Source of the DNA: an uncultured virus (IMG/VR IMGVR_UViG_3300006056_003323)
Taxonomy: Duplodnaviria; Heunggongvirae; Uroviricota; Caudoviricetes
Virus record (IMG/VR): IMGVR_UViG_3300006056_003323
Length of the DNA stretch: 64,000 nucleotides
Direction: 5' to 3' (one strand)
Under the pieces are notes generated by a model. The model was not told where the DNA came from. It searched no databases and worked only from the letters and a program-made list of their open reading frames with translations. A program made the position numbers and the translations under genes. This document shows positions 10,705 through 20,636 of the stretch, piece after piece. Position 1 is the stretch's first letter. The number at the start of each line of letters is the position of its first letter.

Positions 10705-11408
10705 GGAGTAAGCGAAGCGCAACAAAAAAGCCGCTCGCGGTGGCCTCCGTCCGGAACGGCTCGCCCCGACGCAAGCCGAGCAGGCAAGACGAAGACTCGC
10801 GTTCGACCGTGCAGTGCAACACGCGGATCGCCAGAGAAGCGAAAGTCGAATACGAGCGGGAGCTGCTCCGACGACAAAAGGCTTGCAAGAGTCCGAAGGA
10901 CCGTGCCAAGATCACTCTCGGCGCGATCGTCAGAGAGCAGCTGGAGCGTGCGCCTTGGTGTTTTGGCGCCGATGGAAGAAACGTTCGGCAGCAAGCCGTA
11001 CACGCCTCGTGCGACTGCGGGAAGGACGCTTCGCTTGTTGCGAAGCAGGAGTCTGGGTCCTGGAGATTCTTCTGCGACGAGTGCGCCAGCGCAGCCATGG
11101 ACGTCATCAAGACGCAGCCTCTTCCAAGCGCTCGGGACATGCTCGTCCTCTTCGATAGCCTCGACGCGCTGAGCTCGATGCTGGACAGTCTCGAGTCCGA
11201 GACCCGACACGAAGAGGACCCAGAGCCCGCCGAACCCGAGCTATCCTCGGGGATCGCAGAGCGGCATCGAGAGCGCGCGGAGAACATGAGAAAGCTGCGT
11301 GCGACGATCGGAAAGATCTCGAGCTCGGCGAAGGTCGATCCTGTCGGAGACCTCCTCGGATCCGTGGGGCCGGCAATCGCGGCACCTCGGAAGGACAAGA
11401 AGTCGTGA
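10701..11408 (+). CDS. putative RHH-like DNA-binding protein with Zn finger
   Basis: STVQCNTRI segment shared with 20633; CxC...CxxC. Confidence 0.65.
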   Translation: MRSKRSATKKPLAVASVRNGSPRRKPSRQDEDSRSTVQCNTRIAREAKVEYERELLRRQKACKSPKDRAKITLGAIVREQLERAPWCFGADGRNVRQQAVHASCDCGKDASLVAKQESGSWRFFCDECASAAMDVIKTQPLPSARDMLVLFDSLDALSSMLDSLESETRHEEDPEPAEPELSSGIAERHRERAENMRKLRATIGKISSSAKVDPVGDLLGSVGPAIAAPRKDKKS

Positions 11409-11584
11409 GCGAGCTCGTGTGGCTCGGGTTGATCTCCTTGCTGTTCACCGCTGCGATCTCAGCGCTGTCTGCGCTGGCTCGGCGGGCTCTGAGGAAAGAG
11501 CAACATGCGGACGGCGTCGTGAAGGTTGTCCGTACCGACGTGGGCAGCGACGATGAGGCGCAAGACGAAGAAGGGCAACGGTGA
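11405..11584 (+). CDS. small single-TM protein (59 aa)
   Basis: GTGA overlaps at both ends; hydrophobic N-terminus. Confidence 0.6.
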   Translation: MSELVWLGLISLLFTAAISALSALARRALRKEQHADGVVKVVRTDVGSDDEAQDEEGQR

Positions 11585-11988
11585 AGAACATGAGCGTCAG
11601 TAGTCTGACGATCTCTCGCAGAGCAGCGCTTGAGATCGTCGATAGATGGAACGACATCATCGTGATGGACATCGAACATCTCGAGGCTTGGAGGGTGAAA
11701 TCCGACATTTCTTGGATGGCATGGATTGCGAGTGGCAATCCGTTTCGAATGGTCGATGAGAGCAGCGATGCTGCAGCGTTCCGAGATGTCAGAAAGCGAC
11801 AGCGAGACGTTCTCGAAAACGTGTTAGCGGAAATGCGCCGGATGAGGACTGACGGCGACAGTGACGGCGACGGCGACGTCGCCATCTCCGATCTGTCTGC
11901 CCTTCGCTTCCTCGTCTTCGGCAACCAAGATCCAGAGAATATGCTCTTCCCGTTCGATCTCTCGGGAACAGTGGAGCAGGAGCGATGA
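11581..11988 (+). CDS. hypothetical protein
   Basis: Coupled ORF. Confidence 0.65.
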   Translation: MKNMSVSSLTISRRAALEIVDRWNDIIVMDIEHLEAWRVKSDISWMAWIASGNPFRMVDESSDAAAFRDVRKRQRDVLENVLAEMRRMRTDGDSDGDGDVAISDLSALRFLVFGNQDPENMLFPFDLSGTVEQER

Positions 11989-12386
11989 GCCAAGATCACG
12001 TCAAGACGCCGATGTCGGCGATGCGAAGGGAGATCCTACTCGCTGCTCACTGCGAGAGGGAGCGCCAGGACAAGAAGTGGGGCGCTGACGTCGATCGCAT
12101 CCCCGGCGTCGGAAGGCGCCACGATGGGTCTCCGATGACATCCGAGGACTACGGGCTCCCATCGGAGGAGGCCGCGAAGGTCCGCGAGAAGATGTGGCGA
12201 GAGGACGGCAACGAGTCGCTCGCGGCCTCGGCGGTCGAAGAGCTCGCCGAGGCCATCTCTTGCGGAGACGACGAGGTCAAGATGCGCGGAGAGGTGCTGC
12301 AGCTCCTCGCGCTCTGCGTGAAGTGGGTCGAAGGCATCGATCTTCGGGCAGCAAAGCGGGCAGAGAGCGCCACGAGCGAGTCGTGA
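11985..12386 (+). CDS. MazG-like NTP pyrophosphohydrolase
   Basis: ERERQDKKWG...VEELAEA...GEVLQLLALCVKWVE. Confidence 0.75.
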   Translation: MSQDHVKTPMSAMRREILLAAHCERERQDKKWGADVDRIPGVGRRHDGSPMTSEDYGLPSEEAAKVREKMWREDGNESLAASAVEELAEAISCGDDEVKMRGEVLQLLALCVKWVEGIDLRAAKRAESATSES

Positions 12387-12420
12387 TCGGCATCGACCCC
12401 GATGGCCAAGGAGATGAGAC

Positions 12421-13263
12421 GTGGTGATCCACTCGACGAGCACGCCGGCTGACCAAGAGACGATCTGCGACACGCTGTCGCAAGTGCCATTCCTCTCCGC
12501 CATCTCCGTTGCGATCTACAGCATGCCTTCGGAGCAGGCGTCTTCCTTCGAGGAGGTCTACGCCGAGCAGCCGCTTCGAATCTCGAAGATGCTCGAACTC
12601 GCTCACGTCTGGACGCCAGAGGCTCGAGAGGTCGTCGAGAACGCGGTGAAAGACGTCATCCGACGTCAGTCATCGCTCGAGAAAGCGCTCAAGTTTGTCG
12701 AAAGCGTCGACGACCGACTCTTCTTCTTTCTCATGTCTTCCCTCGCAAAACGCGCGATGGGAAAGCTCGTGTCTCCGGAGGCGTCTTCGCCATGGTCCTC
12801 TGTAGAAAGTACGATCGAACTGCTGCTCGGAGGCTTCTCTTGCCCTTCTTCTCGTTCGCTGATCATGACGCTCGGAAGAGCAAGTCACGAGTGCTGGAAC
12901 TTGGCGCGGTCCTACTCCAAAGGAAACAGCGCCGTCTTCGGCAGCTCCGATCGGGCCGCAGAGGCCGTTTCGACCCTCGGCAGAGCCGGACGAGGTCGGT
13001 CTGTGAAGGAGAAGAAAACGAAGAAGGTCGCGTTCTCTGCAGCCGCTGCCTACCTGGCGTACGACGTCGCCACGTACGCAGAAGCCTTGGTTCGAGAGAA
13101 CCCTGGATCTTCGATCATCTCCGGTACGGCCACCCTCTTGCTGGCGTGCGATCACGAAGAAGATCGAGAGCAGCGCCTCATCTTGTCTTGCGCAGAAGAG
13201 GTCCATGCCGCAGCGGATCTTGCGCTGGTCAGCTACAAAAATTGGACGAACAACGTTGACTGA
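12421..13263 (+). CDS. WTPExR-family protein
   Basis: MPSEQASSFEE...VWTPEAREVVENAV. Confidence 0.7.
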   Translation: MVIHSTSTPADQETICDTLSQVPFLSAISVAIYSMPSEQASSFEEVYAEQPLRISKMLELAHVWTPEAREVVENAVKDVIRRQSSLEKALKFVESVDDRLFFFLMSSLAKRAMGKLVSPEASSPWSSVESTIELLLGGFSCPSSRSLIMTLGRASHECWNLARSYSKGNSAVFGSSDRAAEAVSTLGRAGRGRSVKEKKTKKVAFSAAAAYLAYDVATYAEALVRENPGSSIISGTATLLLACDHEEDREQRLILSCAEEVHAAADLALVSYKNWTNNVD

Positions 13264-13325
13264 CGACGAAAATCGTCGGATGAACAGCAACCAGAACTCT
13301 GCTGATTCAACGAAGAGGAGCGATC

Positions 13326-13805
13326 GTGACAAACGTGATTTACGTGTTGACATCCGGCGAAGAAACTCCGGCCTGGAGGTGTGGGCGTCTCTGCTCGAGC
13401 AGCCTCCAAAGGATCGCAGAGGTGGCCCTCAGGAACGGGGATCGCGAGCCGACGGTCTTCGTGGGGAAGAGATCTGGCCCGCCGGCGAACGTGCTCTCAT
13501 GGCTGGTCGGGTTGCTCGGGGAGACGACGAGGAACGGCAACAACGTCAACGACGCGCTTCTCAAAGAGAAGGCCGCGATGATCGCCGAAGCTCAGTCGAT
13601 CATCGACAAGATCCTCGACGACGATCGCGTCGAGGTCTGGATCACCGACGGAACGGTCGTCGACCAGAAGATGGTGCAGGAGGCGATGATCCTCGCCGCG
13701 TACAGCGAAGAGCTGCATGCGCAGCACCAGATCGCGCTCGACGCGATTCACGATCGCAGCTACGACGTCGATCCGTACGACTACGCGCAAGAGCCGGAGT
13801 GGTGA
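13326..13805 (+). CDS. hypothetical protein
   Basis: GAGGAG RBS, 159 aa. Confidence 0.7.
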   Translation: MTNVIYVLTSGEETPAWRCGRLCSSSLQRIAEVALRNGDREPTVFVGKRSGPPANVLSWLVGLLGETTRNGNNVNDALLKEKAAMIAEAQSIIDKILDDDRVEVWITDGTVVDQKMVQEAMILAAYSEELHAQHQIALDAIHDRSYDVDPYDYAQEPEW

Positions 13806-13810
13806 TCGCG

Positions 13811-14554
13811 ATGGCGAAGAGGAAGTTCGAGGTTTGGGATCGATCTCACGGGCGGGGGGACAGCATCGTCATCGACGCCGACAGCGCTTCCGACGCAGCG
13901 CGCGAGCTATGCAGTAGGCGCGACGAGTGCGAGGTGAACGAGCGCGAGGTCTGCGTTCGAGAGATGGATCGGAACGAGCTCGAGCTGATCGAGAGGTCCG
14001 AGGTCGAAGGCGCCAAGTCCTTGGGAGAAGAGCAGAACGACGGGGTGTCCAAGTCGCTGGCCGACTTGGTGATCGCCTCTGCGCGGTTTGCGAGTCGATG
14101 GACCGGCAGGGGCATCGATCTCGGGACCGCTGTGGTGAGCCGAGTCGCGGAGAGGTTTCCGGTCAAGAAGACGATCGGCGCCTGGCGCGATCCCGTTCCG
14201 ATGATCCTCGAAGAGATCGAGAAAGAGCGAGCTCGACAGCGGCTCAAGTGGGGGCGAAGCGACACCGATCACCCGCTGGTTCGCCCTCGCAATGGCGGCG
14301 TTCACCTCGGGTTTTACGGCATCCCAGAGGCCCACGATGCCGTGGAGAGGAAGGAGGTCGAGTGCGACAACGAGCGCGACGACTGGATGCTGATCCTTGT
14401 CGCAGAGGTCTCGAGGTTCGGGCAAGACGCGATCCACGGTCGCTGGGAAGGCGCTCGGAAAGGCGCGGTCCGAATCGCCGCTGTCGCCGCAGCGATCGTC
14501 GAGTCGATCGACACGAAGCTCGCCGTGGAGAAGGGGCGAAGGACGGACAAATGA
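13811..14554 (+). CDS. protein with C-terminal degenerate MazG-like domain
   Basis: ERARQRLKWG...YGIP...WMLILVAEV...IAAVAAAIVESID; paralog of 11985. Confidence 0.65.
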   Translation: MAKRKFEVWDRSHGRGDSIVIDADSASDAARELCSRRDECEVNEREVCVREMDRNELELIERSEVEGAKSLGEEQNDGVSKSLADLVIASARFASRWTGRGIDLGTAVVSRVAERFPVKKTIGAWRDPVPMILEEIEKERARQRLKWGRSDTDHPLVRPRNGGVHLGFYGIPEAHDAVERKEVECDNERDDWMLILVAEVSRFGQDAIHGRWEGARKGAVRIAAVAAAIVESIDTKLAVEKGRRTDK

Positions 14555-14928
14555 TGCGGATGAAGATCAAGGTCGAGTGGACGAGGGTCGATCCGAGGCC
14601 AGGCGATATCTGGGGAGATCAGTGGTACGCCAGCGTTGGCGGCTGGATCCTCGAGGTCAAGCGCTGCGCGCTGCCTCCGCCGGGACCAGGCGGAGAAGAC
14701 AGGTCTCGATGGTCGGCCTCTCTGTACGCTCCGGGATCCGGAGTGTTCGGCGGAAACCTGATCCATATCAACCGAGAGACCGACCTCCCGTCGGCAGACC
14801 ACGGGAAAGAACGCGCGGAGCAGCTGCTCAACGACTGCGTCGGACCTCTCTTCGAGCAGGTGCTCGAGAAGCGGCTCGCGACGCCGGAGTGGACTTCGTC
14901 CAATCCAAGGAAGGAAGAAGCGAGATGA
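14551..14928 (+). CDS. hypothetical protein
   Basis: ATGA coupling. Confidence 0.65.
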   Translation: MMRMKIKVEWTRVDPRPGDIWGDQWYASVGGWILEVKRCALPPPGPGGEDRSRWSASLYAPGSGVFGGNLIHINRETDLPSADHGKERAEQLLNDCVGPLFEQVLEKRLATPEWTSSNPRKEEAR

Positions 14929-15263
14929 GCGCGAGACGATCTCGAAAAACGACGAAGATGAAGCTCGGCGTGATGAGCTACGGCTGCGACATCGACGGCC
15001 TCCGCCGCGTCTACCGGACAGCGGGGAAGGTGCATCGGCTCCAGCAGCGTGCATCCATCAAGACTGGAGAGCTCGAGATGCGGACCCGCCCGCAGCGACG
15101 CGCGGCGACAGATCTGCTCGACGGGTTCACGAAGTTCATCGTCAACGCAGCCCGCTGGAAGACCTTCAGCCCGTCGGCGCTGTCCAGCTGGGCCGACTTG
15201 GGCACAGGCTACGCAGGACACGCTCACCTGATCATGCTCGCCTACGCAACGAAGAGGACGTGA
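14925..15263 (+). CDS. hypothetical basic protein
   Basis: ATGA coupling. Confidence 0.6.
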   Translation: MSARRSRKTTKMKLGVMSYGCDIDGLRRVYRTAGKVHRLQQRASIKTGELEMRTRPQRRAATDLLDGFTKFIVNAARWKTFSPSALSSWADLGTGYAGHAHLIMLAYATKRT

Positions 15264-15264
15264 C

Positions 15265-15465
15265 GTGGTCGTGGCGAGGGTGAAGGTCTTCCGGTGCCCA
15301 GACTGCAAACGAGAGCTCGCTCTTCGAGGGGAGATCGGCGACGAAGAAGCCATCGCGGCGGCAGAAAAGCACGGGTGGAAAAAGTCCAGGAAGACAGGAT
15401 TCCACTACTGCTGGATCTGTGTGATGCGCCGGCGCAGGAAGAACGAGAAGGCTGAATCTAGCTGA
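15265..15465 (+). CDS. small Zn-finger protein
   Basis: CPDC...HGW...HYCWIC. Confidence 0.65.
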   Translation: MVVARVKVFRCPDCKRELALRGEIGDEEAIAAAEKHGWKKSRKTGFHYCWICVMRRRRKNEKAESS

Positions 15466-15511
15466 TTCAGCTTGCCGAGCCTGACCGGCGCGTGTACATG
15501 ATCCCGTCACC

Positions 15512-16096
15512 ATGACCAAGAGGAAGATCTCGCCGAGGCGAGCAGCGAACTCCGAAACCTCGAGGGTCTCGAAGGCGCTCACGCTCGAGAAGGAACTCAA
15601 CGCTCACGTGGATCTGATCGCAACGAACGCGAGGCTCGTCGAGGCGATGACGTCTGTCGTGAGCGCCTCGGAACGGTCCCTCTGGGTGTTCGAGGGCATG
15701 TTCATGGTCGCGCCGGGAAAGCGGTCTGCCGCAAAGTTGTACTGGGGGGACATCCCTGTTCAATTTGGTGGCGATCCGAAAGACTGCAGCGTCTCGATGA
15801 CCATCGAGGACGGAGAGCGGTATCTCGAGATGCTTCGCTCCGGGTGCCTGATCGGGCCGGGAGAAGTGAAGATCCAGCGGGGAAAGGCCGCGTATGTTCT
15901 CGACCCTGAGTCGAGAAAGATCTGGTCGATTTACATGATCTATCTCGGGCGTGTCGTGAACGCCATTGGCCGAGAGATGGTGTTCGTCACGAAGCTCTTG
16001 CATGGATCCGTCGGTGACGAGGATCAGGATCAGGACTCTGGCCCGTTGGTGGAGACGATGGAGCAGCACATCCGAGCGCCGTCGGGCCATGTCTGA
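15512..16096 (+). CDS. hypothetical protein (YLxxLxxG family)
   Basis: MTIEDGERYLEMLRSG. Confidence 0.7.
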   Translation: MTKRKISPRRAANSETSRVSKALTLEKELNAHVDLIATNARLVEAMTSVVSASERSLWVFEGMFMVAPGKRSAAKLYWGDIPVQFGGDPKDCSVSMTIEDGERYLEMLRSGCLIGPGEVKIQRGKAAYVLDPESRKIWSIYMIYLGRVVNAIGREMVFVTKLLHGSVGDEDQDQDSGPLVETMEQHIRAPSGHV

Positions 16097-16385
16097 AGAC
16101 CTTCGCGACGTTCTCCGGAAGCTGTCTTCGCTGCCCATGGAGGAGCTGCGAACGGTGTGCGCTCATGCTGCGGCCAGGCTGCTCGCGAAGGCGCGCGAGG
16201 AGCACCGAAGCAGAGGAGTTCCGAAGAGCTTGCTCGAGCCGAAGGAGAAGACCTTCAAGGCGATCGGCTCGAGGTTCCGATCGTCGCTCTGGTGCGATGG
16301 TCATCAGGTCGGATGCGACGTCGGCGCCGAGCTGTTCCTTTACGTGAGGACGACGACGAAAGAGGACGAGGATCAAGGTGGATAG
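16089..16385 (+). CDS. hypothetical protein
   Basis: Overlapping ATG (MSEDLRD...). Confidence 0.6.
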   Translation: MSEDLRDVLRKLSSLPMEELRTVCAHAAARLLAKAREEHRSRGVPKSLLEPKEKTFKAIGSRFRSSLWCDGHQVGCDVGAELFLYVRTTTKEDEDQGG

Positions 16386-16683
16386 GCACAAGAGAAAAGC
16401 AGACGCAGCGTTCATCGCGTCCGCGATCGCGCTAGTGCTCATGATCTTCGGTGTCCATCGGCTCTATATGGAATCCGCGCGATGGGAGAAGGAGATCGTG
16501 ACGATCTGCGAGCGACAGCTCGTGGAACAGCTCCGGACTCATCACCACGAGACTTCGCCTACGTCGACGTGCCGTCGAGATCCGGAGAGATGGGCGGTCT
16601 GCGTCACGAGGCTTCGCGGAGAAGCGGCGTACTTTCAGTGCAACGGCTATGGCTTCGCCACGCCGATGCCAACGAGGCCGTGA
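16378..16683 (+). CDS. single-TM Cys-containing protein
   Basis: Hydrophobic N-terminal helix. Confidence 0.6.
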   Translation: MDRHKRKADAAFIASAIALVLMIFGVHRLYMESARWEKEIVTICERQLVEQLRTHHHETSPTSTCRRDPERWAVCVTRLRGEAAYFQCNGYGFATPMPTRP

Positions 16684-16748
16684 GCGGAGAGTCTGTACCT
16701 GCAGGACACAAGAAGACTTTCGAACAAAACAAAGAAGGAGAGACGTCA

Positions 16749-17435
16749 ATGGAGAAGAAGCCAGAGATGCCGGATCAAGAGAAGAATGACAAGGGAGAGA
16801 GCCTCTCCGAGGCGCCGGCTCAACATCCGCCATCCCCCCATCAGCCCAAAGGCATGGAAGACATGCTGCGCTCCCTCGGGGAGTGCACCAGGTACTTCGT
16901 CGACGCGCTGACGGACAAAGAGCGCGCGTTGCTCGACAAGCGCTTCGGGGGGACGCTCGGCTCGAAGAAGAGCGACGCGGGCTCCGATGGCGCGGTGCAG
17001 AGGATCGCGAAAGCCCTCTGGGCAGATGCCTCCAGCAACCCCTCTGAGGAGGAGATCATCAAGAGGATCCGCGAGCTCAAGAAGGAGAACCGTGAGCTTC
17101 ACGTCGACATCAGGGTGATCACGGACCATGTCTTCATTCGCGCCCAGGAGAGCCTCGAGAAGGTCTTCGAGAAGTACAAGCGAGATTGCTCATCTGAGTC
17201 GATGACCCAGATGTTCAAGGGGGCAGAGAGCGAAGACCCGGTGAAGATGTGGCACCTGATCGCGCACGCCTGCGGAAACAGCGAGGTCGTCAACTGGGTG
17301 ATCCGGTGGTGCCACCGAGAGATCGACAGGTTGCCAAGAGGCGAGCATGAAGAAGATTCGAAGCTGGAGGCTACCCTTCGAAGGCTCATCGAGGACATCT
17401 TCGACGCCGTCGATGGAGAAGGATTCAGGTCATGA
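16749..17435 (+). CDS. hypothetical protein
   Basis: GAAGGAG RBS. Confidence 0.7.
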   Translation: MEKKPEMPDQEKNDKGESLSEAPAQHPPSPHQPKGMEDMLRSLGECTRYFVDALTDKERALLDKRFGGTLGSKKSDAGSDGAVQRIAKALWADASSNPSEEEIIKRIRELKKENRELHVDIRVITDHVFIRAQESLEKVFEKYKRDCSSESMTQMFKGAESEDPVKMWHLIAHACGNSEVVNWVIRWCHREIDRLPRGEHEEDSKLEATLRRLIEDIFDAVDGEGFRS

Positions 17436-17938
17436 GCGACAGCGAAGAGCAGCCGCTCTCGAAGCGTGACGATGGGCGATCCATCGAGGTACCCGTCGTC
17501 GTTCACGAGCTGGACTCCTCGGTGACGCACCTTCGCGTCGCGTACACCGAGTTCAATTTCAAGGCCGATGACGGCAACGTGCACGGAAAGAGCTACATCG
17601 CTCCGCACCCGGTCTCGATCGTCGTCGAGATCTTCGGAAAGGTCTTCCAAGTTCGCGCATCGAAGGTCGTTCAAGCGCTCGTCGGCTCGATCGTCTCGGA
17701 TCGAGGAGAGTGGCCAGATATCGATGTCGCCGTCGACAAGAAAGCCCCGCCGACGGCGAACAAGATCGTGCTCGACCTCTACCACAAGATGCTCTCGAGC
17801 CAGGGCCTGAGAGAAGAGCTTCGCCGCGCAGGTCTCGAGCGATCTGTCGTCTGCAGGGCAGCGGAGATCGAAGGAGAACGCACGAACGGCGATGTCTGGG
17901 CCGACTACCTGTCGGCGACCAGCGAAGATCATCGGTGA
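17432..17938 (+). CDS. hypothetical protein
   Basis: ATGA coupling. Confidence 0.7.
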   Translation: MSDSEEQPLSKRDDGRSIEVPVVVHELDSSVTHLRVAYTEFNFKADDGNVHGKSYIAPHPVSIVVEIFGKVFQVRASKVVQALVGSIVSDRGEWPDIDVAVDKKAPPTANKIVLDLYHKMLSSQGLREELRRAGLERSVVCRAAEIEGERTNGDVWADYLSATSEDHR

Positions 17939-17979
17939 TCATTCGCGCGCGACCATGGTGCTGCAACATGAGGTGATTC

Positions 17980-18198
17980 GTGTCGAATCTTCTGGAGTTC
18001 GGAAGGCAGGAGGCTGCCGCCGCGAGGAAGTCCACGCGACGGGCGATGCTCGAGTGGTTCTCGTCGCTTCTTCGAGAGGAGCGGGAGAAGGCGAAGAAGA
18101 CGAAGAGCGCTGCAGCTCGAGAGGTCGTCGAGCGGCTCGAGCAGCGGATCTTCGAGCAAGAGCAGGAGATCTGGAAGGAGGAGCGAGATGGACGCTGA
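17980..18198 (+). CDS. small coiled-coil protein
   Basis: GAGGTG RBS. Confidence 0.6.
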   Translation: MSNLLEFGRQEAAAARKSTRRAMLEWFSSLLREEREKAKKTKSAAAREVVERLEQRIFEQEQEIWKEERDGR

Positions 18199-18991
18199 GA
18201 GAAGAGAGAACCATCGCTGCCGCGCCAAGCACTGCGTCTCGCGCTGCGAGCCGGAGAAGCTCATGTGCATCCGGCACTGGATGATGGTCCCGTGGAAGCT
18301 TCAGCAGGACGTTCTGAAGAACTACCGACCTGGCCAGTGCGAGGACATGAGCCCGTCCGCCCAGTGGTTCGCCGCTGCGAACGCCGCCATCCGCTACGTG
18401 CTCGACGCGGAGACGGCAAAGTTCTCCTCGAGCGGGAAGAAGCAGCCGCTCTTCGCGCTGACGATCAAGCAGCCATGGGCGACGCTGATCGCGGAGGGGC
18501 TGAAGGACGTCGAGAACCGAGAGTGGGCGCCGTTCCCGTCGCTCATCGGCAAGCGGATCGCGATCCACGCCGGCAAGAGCGTCGACATGCAGTCGTGGGG
18601 CGCCGCGCTCGAGCTCGTCGAGCGAGGCGGGATCCTCGACAAGGTGTCCCTGCTGCAGGGCTTCAAGGGCTATGGAGGGGCCGAGGTCGCCGCGGGGAAG
18701 TACAAGGCCGGCAGAGCGCTGAACCAGCACTGCAAGATGCTTCCGCACGGCGGGATCATCGCGATCGCGACCCTCTCTGGGTGCCAAAGCGAAGAGCAGT
18801 GCAAGAGCCCGTGGTTCATGGGTCCGATCGCCTGGACCTTGTCGAGTGCCATCAAGATCCAACCCATCGCCTGCCCGGGATCGCAGGGTCTCTGGAAGGT
18901 CGAAGGCGAGCTGCTCGAGCAGGTTCGCGAAGCGTACGCTGCAGCTTCGACCTCCGCCGAGACATCGCTCGGGCTGAAGGCGCAGCGATGA
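18188..18991 (+). CDS. ASCH-domain protein with N-terminal Cys/His domain
   Basis: LTIKQPWATLIAEGLKDVENREW...IAIHAGK...GSQGLW. Confidence 0.88.
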   Translation: MDAERRENHRCRAKHCVSRCEPEKLMCIRHWMMVPWKLQQDVLKNYRPGQCEDMSPSAQWFAAANAAIRYVLDAETAKFSSSGKKQPLFALTIKQPWATLIAEGLKDVENREWAPFPSLIGKRIAIHAGKSVDMQSWGAALELVERGGILDKVSLLQGFKGYGGAEVAAGKYKAGRALNQHCKMLPHGGIIAIATLSGCQSEEQCKSPWFMGPIAWTLSSAIKIQPIACPGSQGLWKVEGELLEQVREAYAAASTSAETSLGLKAQR

Positions 18992-19877
18992 GCGCGACCC
19001 TGTACGAGATCGCCGAGCAAGCGCTTTCCAAGCACCCGGAAGAGTACGCCGAGTGGATGGAGAGGTGCTCAGACCCGTTATCCGTCCGAAGGATGGACTA
19101 CGAGCGCTGGACCCCAACGCAGCGCGAGATCGTTCGGAAGCATCTCCAAGAGGCGTGCCTCGAGTCAGAGAGCATCGACCTCGTCGTGAGCATGCTGCAC
19201 GGATTCGACCGCAGGATGTGCGTGGTCTCTATCTGCAGCCTCTTCTCTCGGCTGCTTCCCTCACTCAAGGGGCGTGGAGAGAAGGCATCGAGAGAAGCGC
19301 TCGCAATGTACGAAGAAGCGATGATGTCCCTCGAGCGCCGAGACGATCGACTTGGAATTCAGCACACGAAAGAGCTCATACAGCCTGTGTTCGCCATGAA
19401 TTCAATCATGATGCTGACGGGCTCGAACATGTACAAAACCACGCCGATCAGGGCGTGCTCGAGATCCTCAACGCGATCGCTGATCTCCTCCAGTGTCACG
19501 ACATCACAGACAACGTGAAGGTGCTTTCGAGGCTGGCGAAGCGAGCTTCCGAGCTGATGGAGCGCGAGCGGAGTAGAAACTCCATCCCCGTCGGATACTC
19601 CGTCACCGGCGCTCTAGACCCAGGACCTCGCTACAACACGTTCAGCTTCGTGGCATCCGGAAGCGCGACGACGGGGATCCAAGAGGTGAAGTGCTACGTC
19701 GACCCAGCGATGTTCGCCGAGAAGAGGGCGGTCGAAGCCTTGTCCGACGCCATCTCGAGCTTCATCGACAGGATGTCCGACAGGCAAGGGAAACCGACCA
19801 CTCGAGGCGCGGAAGAAGACCCGAAGCCGTGGTCGGTCATGGACGCTTTGAAGCGGATGGACGAAGGTGAATCTTGA
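18988..19877 (+). CDS. WTPExR-family protein, apparent -1 frameshift near 19435
   Basis: RWTPTQREIVRKHLQE; one extra A in TAC-AAAA-CC joins both frames (MYKNHADQGVLEIL). Confidence 0.6.
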
Positions 19878-19920
19878 GCCAAAAGAAGCTTGGCAATACA
19901 GCCAAAAGAAGGCTTGGTAA
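19877..19920. repeat. imperfect direct repeat AGCCAAAAGAAG(G)CTTGG x2, 23-bp spacing
   Basis: Read directly in an AT-rich intergenic gap. Confidence 0.8.
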
Positions 19921-19987
19921 AATCAATAGTTTCCGCAGTTTGTAGGTTTCTTCCCGTGGCGGATCTCACAATTCGACACGATCCATA

Positions 19988-20016
19988 TTGACGGGGTTAA
20001 CCCACAGTCGTAAGGT
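19988..20016 (+). promoter_or_regulatory. sigma70-like promoter with GGTTAACC palindrome
   Basis: TTGACG-17-TAAGGT; GGGTTAACCC in spacer. Confidence 0.6.
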
Positions 20017-20026
20017 CCTTCTGTCG

Positions 20027-20290
20027 ATGCCAGCGATGGTGAATCGACAGAGGGCAACCATGGACCGCTCCGCGACGAGGCTCTTTCTGCAGGCCAAGAA
20101 GACTGTCGAAGACAGCCTCGGGAAGTTCAAGCAACATCTGTCATCGCAGATGTCCGCTCACCTCGTGAGGGGTGAGTGCTTGGTGTTGATCAACATGCAG
20201 GACGAGGCCATCTCCGGAGAGCGGCTCAAGCTGCTCGTCGGCGACATCTCCTCGCTCTGCGACGAGCTCGAGAGCGGCGCAGAGCGCTGA
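20027..20290 (+). CDS. hypothetical protein
   Basis: ORF downstream of promoter; start uncertain. Confidence 0.55.
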   Translation: MPAMVNRQRATMDRSATRLFLQAKKTVEDSLGKFKQHLSSQMSAHLVRGECLVLINMQDEAISGERLKLLVGDISSLCDELESGAER

Positions 20291-20324
20291 TCCTAACTGC
20301 TCGATCCTCTACGAGGAGATCCCC

Positions 20325-20636
20325 ATGACCACGACTGAGTCGGCTCCGATCGAGCCCAAGAAGAATCGAAAAGCGCTCCTCAGTAACGCGGGGTGCTTCT
20401 CCGCGAGACGAGGCGCTTACCTGCCCGGTGGTAAGCGAGGATGGTGCGCAGCGTACGTCGCGGAGGAGCAGGGAATCGACGCCGAAGACGGCAAGTACCT
20501 GGTGATCTGCGAAGGGCACGCCTCGTGCGTGCAGACGACACGAAGGTCGGACGCTGTTCGTCTTGCAGGTCACGGAGATAGCTTCTGCGACGACTGCCGG
20601 GCAAACGAGACGAAGAGCAGCGAGGTCGCAGGATGA
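20325..20636 (+). CDS. Cys-rich hypothetical protein
   Basis: GAGGAG RBS; CEGH...FCDDC. Confidence 0.7.
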   Translation: MTTTESAPIEPKKNRKALLSNAGCFSARRGAYLPGGKRGWCAAYVAEEQGIDAEDGKYLVICEGHASCVQTTRRSDAVRLAGHGDSFCDDCRANETKSSEVAG

